Below are positions 50,144 to 60,593 of a stretch of 64,000 nucleotides of DNA, in pieces. The notes under the pieces were generated by a model. The model saw only the letters and a program-made list of their open reading frames with translations, searched no databases and had not been told where the DNA came from. The stretch is from Elsinoe ampelina (taxonomy: Eukaryota): contig ML992506.1 of the NCBI GenBank assembly GCA_010093995.1, forward strand, positions 182,832 through 246,831, given 5' to 3'. Each line of letters starts with the position of its first letter. Position 1 is the first letter of the stretch. A program made the position numbers and the translations under genes.

Positions 50144-53100
50144 GCCGCTCAGGAAACTCTTTCTTTTCCCAGCAACGGCCCTGTCCTTTACCAGGATTGG
50201 TGATGGACTAGAGGACAGCGGCCGTAATGACGCATAAAAAGACGCCAGCTTGACAGCGGGCGACACGGCCGTGCCCGAGGTTTGTAGTTGTGAAGGTCGA
50301 GGTCTTGTCAGGATCCCCTTCCTCCTTCTTCGATCTTTTTGGTCTGGCTCAAACGACGTTTTCAAGACAGTGGTATGCGCGGTAGCCTCATTATAGGGTC
50401 TGAACTCTGTCGGGCAGGAGGACAGTCGCTGTACTGGGTGCTGTACTGCGATACTTTGCGTTTTGGAGGTTTGGTGTATATTTGATTGCGGTCAAACGGT
50501 GGGTTGCGCAAATGACTTGGAACGGTATGAGAAGGTTGCGCTGCCGGTGAACAAGGCTGACAAAGTGTTCGGTCCAGAAGAGTAGGAATCTTCGTCTTGA
50601 AGAATGTGTCCGTGGCTGAGACTGGATCTGACTAGGCTGCGGCTTGCCTTGCGGGATGAAAGCACGGCCTGTAGGGCTGCGGATGACTGTGGATCTTGAT
50701 GGGGGAGTGTCCGATGATGAATGAAGACGGGTGATGGCTATTAGTGAGGTTCCGGAAGTAATGATTGGTATTACAGATTGCTGAAGGCAGTCCTCTGCGG
50801 GAAAATGTCAGATTCGGTGGCTTGGTAAGACCGTACTCGTGATGCCGTACAAAAGACGCTGTGCTGGATTGAGATGCAAGAATTGAAGTCGAAAAGGATG
50901 TTGGAAGGCGAATCGATCGTGTGAGGAAGTCAGCACGGTTTAGAGACACAGTCGAGATCGGCAGCTGCGAGACAGAGCGAGCAGACGAGAGACAGAGTCG
51001 GTGGTGTAGGGACGACAGGCCGCGAGGGTAAGTGAGCGAGAGGGACGGCGTTCCGGGCTGGCTAGACGAGACAGGCAAGAGCGGTGCAAGAGCGGTTGGG
51101 CACTGGCGGGCACTGGACGGGCACTGGCTTTCTTTGGCTGCCACCAGCTGCCACCAGCTCTGCAACGGTTTCACACGCACCGCGCTAGACAGCTAGCGCC
51201 TTTCTGGAAGAAAATCATCCTTCAAAAGGCGCCCCACACCTTCAACCTTGGAAGGCGCAATGAATCATACGGCGAGCTTAATTTTTTTTGTTTTCTCGCC
51301 TACTGCCTCTTCCCGACAAACGGTTCTGTCAAGCAGATGATCCTTGGTTGTCACAACGCATGGCTCTCAAGAATTTGTAGTTCGTCCACTTCAAGAGCAA
51401 TGATCAATCAGAAAGTAATCAAATAAATCCTTCTTGACCCTATGACGAGGATCCGTCGGTACGGGTAGAACGAGAAAAAATTCTGGAATGTCCATCTCCT
51501 GTGGTACTGGTTCGACGGGACGCCGTGTGTGTGGTTGAGATTGCTCACTCGCGTCCGATGTGTGAGAAAGAGTCTGCCCGAATGTGGGTTTTTTTTCTTT
51601 CCTTCACCGTGACCCCTTTTCTCGTGTCACACGGCATTATTCTTTCACCAGGCAAAAGGAAATATCCGCCTGCAGGAAACGTCACGAGGCAGAGGCGATC
51701 ACAGGAGATCTGCAGGACGACCGCGAGATACAGGCGATAGCGCGATGTGCAGCGCTGGTAGGTCATGTCGATCAATCCTGCCCAAACACTTTCCCCGATG
51801 CTTGAATCCCCGCTCTCCGACTCGACATATCAATACTTGATACCCTGCTGTAGATACTTGTGGGCATACCAAGGATACTCCAAGGCTATATCGGCAAGGA
51901 GTCCGTCCATGTACTGGAGTAAATCTCCTTGTCCATCTATCCCATCCCAATGTAGCAATGCCGACCGGAGATCCTCTTCTCTGTTTCTACGTTACATCGT
52001 TTGGTTGTCCTAAGGCGTGATTCAAGGCAAGGAACAAAATGCCAACGCTACATCGTTGCAATCACCTGGCCCGCGCTCGCAGATTATCTTTCAGGATGCC
52101 GCCTGTTCGCATCCGATAGGAATGTCGTCGGCCAGCCATGGCAATTAAGCAATCAATGATCGACCACGCTAGAAGAATTCTAGAAGACGGCCCAGCGAAC
52201 GTGGCTGCTTCTGCGCGTTTCAACCGCGAGAAACTACTTTCGTATTTTCCCCTTTTTCTCATGCACGTGCCTTGGTCGTGGTAGTAGTATACGCTTGTCC
52301 AATGCAGTAGTTGGTCTGTATCTTTCCATCTTCAATATTAATCTATGCCACTAGACGACCTGTCACTTTGACCGGACTGTTTGGGCCGCATCGTTTTGTC
52401 TCGCTCACGCTTATTCTTGCTAAGCGCTGGTCATTTGTCTTGCACTGTCTCTGTAGGCAGGCCTTTCGGTTGCCAACCCGTAGCCCTCATCCTAGGCTAG
52501 ACATGCTTTGCCTGCTGGCGCTGCTTCATCTCTGGTAAGTATAGGGTTGTGTCGTTGTGCCATGAACGTCTGCATTCAACCAGAGGACATATAACGGTCG
52601 CAGTAGGGAAACTCGGAAGCCTCGCAACACTATTCCCATGATCAGTAAACTCGACGATGGAGATTTCCACTGATGCAAGAATATGATGATGTTTCATACC
52701 ATTGCCCTCTGTCAATTTGACAGAGTTTACATACCACCTCGCACCTCAACAGCACATCTCGGCTCCATGACCACGAGACCCCACACGATACCGCCACACG
52801 ACAAGCGACACAATACAACTGTTCATCGGCTCACGGTCTCCCCGCAATTGCTGCTGTAGTAATTCCATTCGCTCTTGTCCGAACCAATGAGACGAAGGAC
52901 CCATCGTCGAAGGCCTAGACAGGACCATCTCAAGCCCGAAAACCGTTACATAAAACGGTCTCCAAGAGAAATCCCATACCCGATCCGGGTCATCTTACTG
53001 CTCTGCCGACATGGGAATCGCTTTGATGAGTATACAAAACTGTATCCGCTTTCATCATGGCATCGTTGTTGCTGGTAGGGCATATGGCTGAATACGTACC

Positions 53101-53243
53101 CGCCCGGTAACAGATCGTGGTTGATCTGAGGTCATTGACATCGATAGCAGATCTTGACCCTTTGCAAGATCTCATCTGCCGTGACAAGATTTGAGATGGT
53201 GGCTGATATGTTACTTGTCGGTAGTCGGACCCGCATACGGGTA

Positions 53244-54782
53244 TCACACTCTCGCGAACCTGATCCCCCTCCTCGTCTCCAATGCACCCGTTTTGAGATC
53301 CCATCCGGCTTCCTCTAGCCGGCTCATCAAGGTAGGGAACTCTCCGTCCACATACTCTTGTGCTGCCCTCAGCAACCCGGACGCGGTGGCTTGTCCTACC
53401 AGACCATTGGCATCCGTCATCGACTTTCCCTTGACTTCCTGATTACCATCTCCATACTCCACCGGAATTCCCCGCCCGAGCAGTTGCAGCGCTCGATAGG
53501 CCGTGAACCACGCATGTAATTGGTCCCGAACCACACTTGATTTCTCCAGCGCGATGAAGCAATGACGACTGCCAATGTCGAGATGAATGAGATATCGTCG
53601 TTGCGAGCCCTCATTGCCACTCCCAATACCATCGATGACAGACCGTCCAATATCGAAAGCATGTTGACCCTGCCCTCTGGGCATACCGACCCTGCCCAAG
53701 AACTCGTCAAACGACAATCCGATGCTCGCCCACCCCAGTACCCTCCCATTCAACCCTCTGACCACCCCATCCCGCTCAAACACCCTCTCCCTCCCCCTCA
53801 CCTCCTCCGGGCCCAACACCCTCCCCCCCTCTGTCCATCCCCCAAACACCACCCCAGCCCTCTGCCTATTCAACGTCCCCAACCTCACACTCCTCACCGC
53901 CATCCAATTCAACCACAAATGCGCCCCCAACAACCCCAACAGCACCACCCACGTCGCCACCCCCTCCCTCACATACCCCACCACCGCCCCACCCACCAAC
54001 ATGCCCACAAGACTAATCACCGTCTCCTGACTACTATCCTTGGCATTGAGTTCCGCCAAATTCCCCCACCGCGCAAAATGCGCCGACAAACTCGCCTTGC
54101 TACTCCCCGCGGCGACGCCACACAAGGCCTTGAGCGCCGACGCCCCGGCCAACACCGCCACCCTGCCCGTCCGCGGGAACGCAGGGGACAAACACTCCAG
54201 CACCATCGCCACGTCATTGAACACGTCCGCCGCCAGACGGTAGAGTTTACACTCGGGCTCCAGCGCGTTCCCCAGGCGATGCGCGAAGAGGATGGTGGTG
54301 ACTCGACCCAGCGAGTCTTGCAGGATGGATAGTAGGATGGCGAGGGTCGGGGAGGCGGAAGCGTCGCCTACGCCTAGGGTGGAGAGGACGGCGCGGGAGG
54401 AGAGGAGCGAGGCGATGGATGAGGTGAAGGCTTGGAGGGAGTCGTAGGTTTGGTACGGGAGGTAGTCCGGGGTTACGGAGTGGGGGTAGCCGGTGGGCAG
54501 GAAGAGGTGGAGGAGGCGCGTGGGGAGGGAGAGGAGGGTGGAGGGGGGCCGCTGGGGGGTGTGGTCAGTGGGCGAGTCGAGGGCGGAGTAGAAGTACAAG
54601 GGGTGGGGACTGGATGGAAAAACAGATGTTGGTGAGGAGGAGGGGGAGCTCACTATCACGTCTACGCGGACTTGATCGTCCGTGGACTTTCCATCTCGCT
54701 TGGTGGCATCTCTTGGGACGAATGTGGCGAGGATATTGCCTGCTTCGTCGGTGGAGACGATTCGAGGGAGCAATGAAGCCAT
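53244..54782 (-). CDS. DUF647/RUS1 (RUSF1) family protein
   Basis: FLPTGYPHSVTPDYLPYQTYDSLQAF, GVGD, EPECKLYRLAADVFND, HFARWGNLAELNAKDSSQETVISLVG, TLNRQR. Confidence 0.92.
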   Translation of the reverse strand: MASLLPRIVSTDEAGNILATFVPRDATKRDGKSTDDQVRVDVIVSSPSSSPTSVFPSSPHPLYFYSALDSPTDHTPQRPPSTLLSLPTRLLHLFLPTGYPHSVTPDYLPYQTYDSLQAFTSSIASLLSSRAVLSTLGVGDASASPTLAILLSILQDSLGRVTTILFAHRLGNALEPECKLYRLAADVFNDVAMVLECLSPAFPRTGRVAVLAGASALKALCGVAAGSSKASLSAHFARWGNLAELNAKDSSQETVISLVGMLVGGAVVGYVREGVATWVVLLGLLGAHLWLNWMAVRSVRLGTLNRQRAGVVFGGWTEGGRVLGPEEVRGRERVFERDGVVRGLNGRVLGWASIGLSFDEFLGRVGMPRGQGQHAFDIGRSVIDGIGSGNEGSQRRYLIHLDIGSRHCFIALEKSSVVRDQLHAWFTAYRALQLLGRGIPVEYGDGNQEVKGKSMTDANGLVGQATASGLLRAAQEYVDGEFPTLMSRLEEAGWDLKTGALETRRGIRFARV

Positions 54783-54998
54783 TGTCTTTGTTCGATCACC
54801 CTTGGGCTGGTTTGAAGGTGGGTGTGATGGGTTTGCTGGTCACAGCTTGTCTTGAGGACGTTGTGAACTCGACGTACGGCACCGGTAACGTCGAATCACG
54901 GCATGTACTGTAGTTGAGTGGGTGGGTCTTTTCAATCGAAGCAAAAATCACAATTTGTAGACTTCTGAGACTCGACACAGCATGTAGTCTGTTTGCTA

Positions 54999-55712
54999 TC
55001 ATCCCTCGGGTCCTATCTCATTGTACCATTTGTACTTGGGTGCCTCGGCGGGTACTTGACCGTCCCTCAACTCCTCGACCTGCGAAGCATCGGCCACGAA
55101 CGTCGCATTGTACTCCTTCATAATTTCAATCTTCTCCTCCATATCCATGGCCATTCTAACTCTACCAAAGTCGCGTGGTACTTCACGCTCATTTGCAAAC
55201 CTCAAAACCCATACCCCGACGCCATCTGATGGCCATCCGTATACCATGACCTTGATACCCACCTCTGCTATGCCATAGATCTGTCCTCTCCCCCTGAAAT
55301 GTGACTCCTTACTAGCCCATAACGTGGCTCCGGTCCGTCGCAGAAGGCGACAGAATTCATCTTCCTCGTCAGTGTTGTTGGAGCGATAGGAGACCTTGGT
55401 ACGCGGTAGCGAAAGGAAAAGCATGTCAAGAGGATCAGCCGGTTTAATCAGCACCCCGCCAGTAGAGGGATAACCGTAAATTGTACATCCTCCTGTGCCG
55501 AACGCAGTTCGATCTGTTGTTGGGAGAGGCGGCTTCTGAGGACAGGAAAACGTAGGTCGATCATCCGTCGACGTTGGTGGATCTGTCGATGATGGTCGGC
55601 GAATGAAAGGAAGAGAGTCAACATCAATAGGTCGAATACGTCCAAATGTCTGTTCCCAAAGTGAAGCTAGTATGGGGTGGGCCATAGCAAAGAAGAGGAT
55701 GGTGGTCCTCAT
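54999..55712 (-). CDS. Hypothetical 237-aa protein with signal-peptide-like N-terminus
   Basis: ATG 55712 MRTTILFFAMAHPILA; globular-looking body (CTIYGYPSTGGVLIK, FCRLLRRTGA, VMVYGWP..GVWVLR); no family recognised. Confidence 0.6.
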   Translation of the reverse strand: MRTTILFFAMAHPILASLWEQTFGRIRPIDVDSLPFIRRPSSTDPPTSTDDRPTFSCPQKPPLPTTDRTAFGTGGCTIYGYPSTGGVLIKPADPLDMLFLSLPRTKVSYRSNNTDEEDEFCRLLRRTGATLWASKESHFRGRGQIYGIAEVGIKVMVYGWPSDGVGVWVLRFANEREVPRDFGRVRMAMDMEEKIEIMKEYNATFVADASQVEELRDGQVPAEAPKYKWYNEIGPEG

Positions 55713-55910
55713 ATCGGGCGCAAAGCAAAAGCTGTGGTCTCCTCGTCTTTCCCAAGATCGACTCTTAAGCATTACTACATGTTTGAGATAAGTAACCGTC
55801 CTTGCCCTATAGTTCCGGAATGGTTGCTGCCTGAATCCGGGAAAGCAAAGCACGGGGCGTCAATAGTTCTTCGAGGCACAGCCAACGGTGCCGCAGACGA
55901 CGGTAGATAT

Positions 55911-56360
55911 TTGTGACCCTTGTATCAAAACGTGAAATGGCCAAAATCTTAGCTGGAAAGGGAATAGCGCATTTTGTGCGTCTTAGCAAACCTACGGTAC
56001 TTCAGATTTATTAACGATTTTCGTCATGACGAGCTTACTACGGTAGACTATACTTACTACGGTGAGCGAGATTGATAGCTTAGCAATTCTTAGCGATCTT
56101 ACTACGGTAGGCTTAATCTCTAGTTATACTAGAATCCGGGGAAATCTTGGCGAAGAACAATATTTTGATTTTTTGCCCGGACTAGTTATATAAGTTTATC
56201 TCTCGATATATAGCTTCTATCTATAATTTGACGTATATTACTAAGAGTTATATACTCTCTATATAACGTAGCAGCCTTAAAGCACTTAAAATCGCAAAAT
56301 TGGGCTACTTTCCGAATGCGGAAGCGCACGAAGTTGCTTATTTTGATACAAGGGTCACAA
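55911..56360. mobile_element. MITE-like non-autonomous element (~450 bp)
   Basis: Perfect 20-bp TIRs TTGTGACCCTTGTATCAAAA (55911-55930) and TTTTGATACAAGGGTCACAA (56341-56360); TpA-rich interior; three copies of CTTACTACGGT (~56034, ~56053, ~56098); TSD ambiguous. Confidence 0.8.
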
Positions 56361-56885
56361 TTTACCACCATACAGACGGGGAAATTCGATCCGCCGCGCC
56401 GAGGTTGTACCAAGCTCGGCGTCAGCAGAACGTCGAACTACACAAACAGTTTTGGCTGACAGAAATCAGATCTCGACTTCGTTGTCTTTCAAGTGCGATC
56501 ATATCACTTTTCTCGTCGTAATTGCTGAGCATGAGACAGAAGCGCTTTCCTGCTGCCAATTCATACAGTCCGGACCTGTAAGCTGCTGAAGATTCGGTAT
56601 GACTGTGCCACCATGCCACCCACCCGCAAATTTGACCGACTTTTCTCGGACCACATTTGCACACTGCATGCAACTTCACAGCTGCCTAAGTAGAGCATCT
56701 TATCGTCTACCATGTGGCACAGTCTCATGGCGTCAGTTCTGGTGCGCTGTCTGCAATTTCCGGTCCGGCGGTGGCGTGGGCCATGGAGATAGTCGAGTGA
56801 TAAGTCACTTCCGGACCAAATGGTATATGAAGCGTACAGAGCGGCAAGTCTCTCAGCTGTCACAAGATCGTGCGGCTCGTCCAAC

Positions 56886-59800
56886 ATGGCTCTCCTTCAA
56901 GCTCTAACAACTTCCTTCTTACTTCTCCAGTGTGCATTGGCACAACAAGTCTCTGTGCCCCCTGGTTTTCCGGGTGAAGAGGCCCCTTATCAAGTCAATC
57001 CGGATGGCATAACGCCTGCAAACCGACTGGGTACATGGCTCTATGGCTACACTGAATGCAAAAAGCGATTTGGCGACGGCGCCAAAGGCAAGATTGATGA
57101 TGCCTATTACGATGCCTGGCTCATCTCCAAGTGGGTCCGCTTCTTATTGCCCTCGGAATGCATATGTTAGGCGCTGGCTTCAGCTCGACATGGACATTCT
57201 CCTCCCTTCTTCTTGGCAAATTGCGGGCATGAAGCCGGACTGACACCCCTTAGCACCGCAGGAGTAAGGTCCAATATAGATTGGAACAACGCAGCAGCAT
57301 TGGAGTTCCTGGGTGCCCCCGGGCTGAATACCGACAAGCAATCCCAAATTCAAGCAGTGTTTGCCAATACGGCAACGGTCATATACAGCTACGTCAATCC
57401 ACTCACCAACTATATCAAGGTCCGTTGCGATGATCCGAATTTGCTATGCGACGCCGTGTGCAGGTACTGTCTCCCTAAACTCTATTCGATGCACGGCTCA
57501 TCGACCGGTCAACTAAAACAATCCAGTCCTGGCGGAACCCCAATCACCTCGACAGCATATGCATATGCTGGCAACAGGGACTCAGTCGATACCGATTATC
57601 CGATGATCAACTTCTGTCCAGCCTTCTTCCAACAGAGAAGTCTCAGTGATGCCGTCACGCGCGGCATGGCTTTGACCAAGCCTTTCAGTTTGGACCTAGA
57701 TGAATATGAAAACCGGGCACTGACATTCTTGGTAAACGATCGCAAACTCTGATTTCTCTGCCGTGCTGACCATAGCGACTAGCACGAGTTGTTCCATCTG
57801 GATCTCGCAGCTGACTCTAAAGACAACAAGCCCAATCCCCGAATTTACGATCTCACCATTGACATTTTCACTGGGCCAAATTCCCCTCCGATTTCGGAAG
57901 CAGCGTACACTTCTGAACTCGCAAAGATACTGGCTCGTTATCAAGGCGGCAGCGGAGGCTCGACAGGTTACTGGGTGCAGCGCAACTCCGAGAATTTGGC
58001 ATTATATGCTATGGCCAAATACGTCATGACGAAGAACGGCAACATCTATCCTCATCTGCCCATCGTCACAGATACCATAGTGGGAGCTCCGCATAGGTTC
58101 CTGTTGCCGTTTGTAAATTCAGGCACCGATTTTTATCTGAACGTCTCCGATCCCGTTGGAGCGCTAGGATCTTCCACATCAAAGCGGAAATGTCCCGACA
58201 ACACCGGTGGAGCTAACGGAAAAGTGACCATCGACGGATTTGCCCCTCAGAGTGCCTATCCAGATGCATACAACTCGCAGTTGGCGACATGGATGCAAGA
58301 CTTGGTCGCCACCCCAGATACTGGTTCCGGAGACAACGAGGGCAGCAGTGGCCAGCAAATTGCTGTCGCATCGTATACTAATCCTCTTGGAGACCCGGCT
58401 GCTTGGTCGCGGCTAATCTCCTATGACACGAACAAGGTCAGCGTTTTGGTTGCGAACGTCTTAAATGGTCCGGACTACATAGTTGACTCGTCCTGGGCTT
58501 CAGTGATCCAACAGGCAGCTGCCTCCGGCAAGACTGTTATCGGCTATGTTCGGACTGGTTATCTAGGCGTTAGTCAACAAAGATTCAAGACTAGACTAGG
58601 CTCTAGTAACCTCGCAGACTGGGCTTCACAGATCGAACAAGACGTAGATAAGTGGTTTGAACTATATCCCGGCGGTATTAGTGGCATCTTCTTCGACGAA
58701 GGATGGCCTGAATGTGGACCTAACAACATCTACTCTGACCTATACGCTCATATCAATGCTTACACGAAACGGAAGCATCCCGGTGCCTATACGGTACTTA
58801 ATCCCGGCTCTCCTATGGCCCAATGCTTCGAAGATACAATGGATACATTATTGACGTTCGAAAGCAGTTACGAAACCTATACTACGTCATTTGTTCCTAA
58901 CGACTGGACTCCAAAGGACGATCGTAAGATATGGCACATTATTTACAGAGTTCCACAGGATAAGATCGAAGAGGTCGCTACACTTGCTCGCTCGCGTCAC
59001 GCAGGATATGTCGAGATCACTGATGATGATAATCCAAATCCATACGACAACGTCCCGAGCGATGCGTACATGCAGGCCGTAATGGCTACTGTACAGGGTG
59101 GCAATGTTGGTATTGCAGTACCGAAAGAACTTGGGGGCTCGTATGTTGCAGGCTTACCGGGAGATACAACGATTACAGCATCGGATTATACCTCGGTAAC
59201 TATCGTCTGGTCGCCGGTAGCTAATGCTCTTGGCTACGCTGTATATCAGAACAGCCAACTTGTGCTCGAAATGCCCGCTACTCTAACTCGAGCTACGATA
59301 GGCATGCTGCAGCCCGGATCAGCCGGCCTTATCTTTGAGGTTAGGACCGTCTTGTCCTCGGGTGCTAGCGGAACCTCAAGAACAGTCTCCGGGACTACTA
59401 AGAAGCTTGACAGCGGCGGCTCAATCACAAATGTCAAGTACACGAGGAGCGGAGATACTGTCATTTATACGGCTGATGTCTTAGTCCCCTATGCCTTCGT
59501 ACGACTGTTCATTGGTGGACCACATAAAGGCAGTTGGTCCTGCAGTAGGTTGGCCTATTGACGCCGGTATCAACGCCGACACAGGCATGGGACAATGGAA
59601 ACTAGCCAACTACTTGGTGGAGGGCAACGACTTTTACTCTGGATTCTACAAATACAGTGGCTCATGGATCGAAGCCGGTACCAGCAACGCGGATTGGACC
59701 TGGACACCGCAAGGCACAGCGCCTCAGACACAATCGGGATATACGTACACCTGGAACGTTCCTATTGGCGGGACTGACGCGGTGCTCGACGATTACGCTA

Positions 59801-60297
59801 TCCAAGGCCAGGGCTATGCTTCGATCTCAAACGTATTTGGTGGTTCTCTACGCAGCTACAAGTGCGACGGTGATCCATGCGATGACAATCCAGACTACGA
59901 CTGTAAGGGTTCCACCCTCTGCTGGACCCCAAACCTGCTCAAGTGGTGTGACCTGGCCGTGAACAACCTCTCACGCACGGATGCCTTGTCCTATGCGACC
60001 TTGTAAGTCTCCCACCTTTACCCGTTCTTTTCTCAAAGATGGTTCTGACCTTGTATTGCCAGTGGCGGCCAAAAGACTGGCAATTGCTGGGGCGATGGTG
60101 CGAGCTCTGGATGTGGCGTCTTCATTCAAGGCAGCAATTGCCAAATCAGTGGCAATGATATCTGGCACGACTACCAGAACATACGCGATCTCGGGGGTTG
60201 CAAGAGATGCGGATCTTACTACCGTGAGGACGGCTGTAGGGTTGCCATTGACTTTGTGTCAACTTGTGATCTCAACACAGGAGGAACACTTTTTTAA
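56886..60297 (+). CDS. Secreted modular protein: HExxH metalloprotease-like + Spherulin-4/GH135 + FN3 + beta-rich domain + KP4-like domain; one frameshift near 59525
   Basis: Signal peptide MALLQALTTSFLLLQCALA. Introns 57131-57253, 57464-57526 (probable, in-frame), 57732-57782, 60003-60062. Motifs INFCPAFF, FL|HELFH, ENLALY; IGYVRTGY, GIFFDE, VLNPG, LLTFE; SVTIVWSP..GYAVY; CKGSTLC...GCKRCGS...VAIDFVSTC. Stop 60295-60297. Confidence 0.82.
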
Positions 60298-60593
60298 CAC
60301 TCAAGTATCTTGAGATCTGATACAAAGAGTCTACATTGGATACAGGTATATGATAAAAGTAATCTCTAGCTAGAGCAGTTGTTGGCATTAAGCATGTACA
60401 TTTCCTTCACCAGTGAGCACAACACAGATTGATCATGGGTATTATTCCCGTCTTGCCGTAGTCTACGGAAGTCGAGTCGAGTATTCCAATGGTCTGCATA
60501 GTTGTTGCTCGACATTTATTCATGTTCGCATGTTACCTGATTTGTTCATAACTCATCCATCGCCATGCAATAACTCTTCCCTCATCCAGAGCC

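Noticed and set aside
51200..52190. TTCnnGAA motifs as heat-shock elements
   Set aside because: Only two-unit matches, expected by chance.
59515..59545. 31-nt GT...AG segment whose removal would repair the frameshift in the modular gene
   Set aside because: Shorter than the other introns resolved here (46 nt or more), poor donor (GTGGAC), no CTRAC branch site.
59981..60313. 110-aa ORF from the track as a separate gene
   Set aside because: Wrong frame; the spliced frame ending at 60297 gives the Cys-patterned KP4-like domain.
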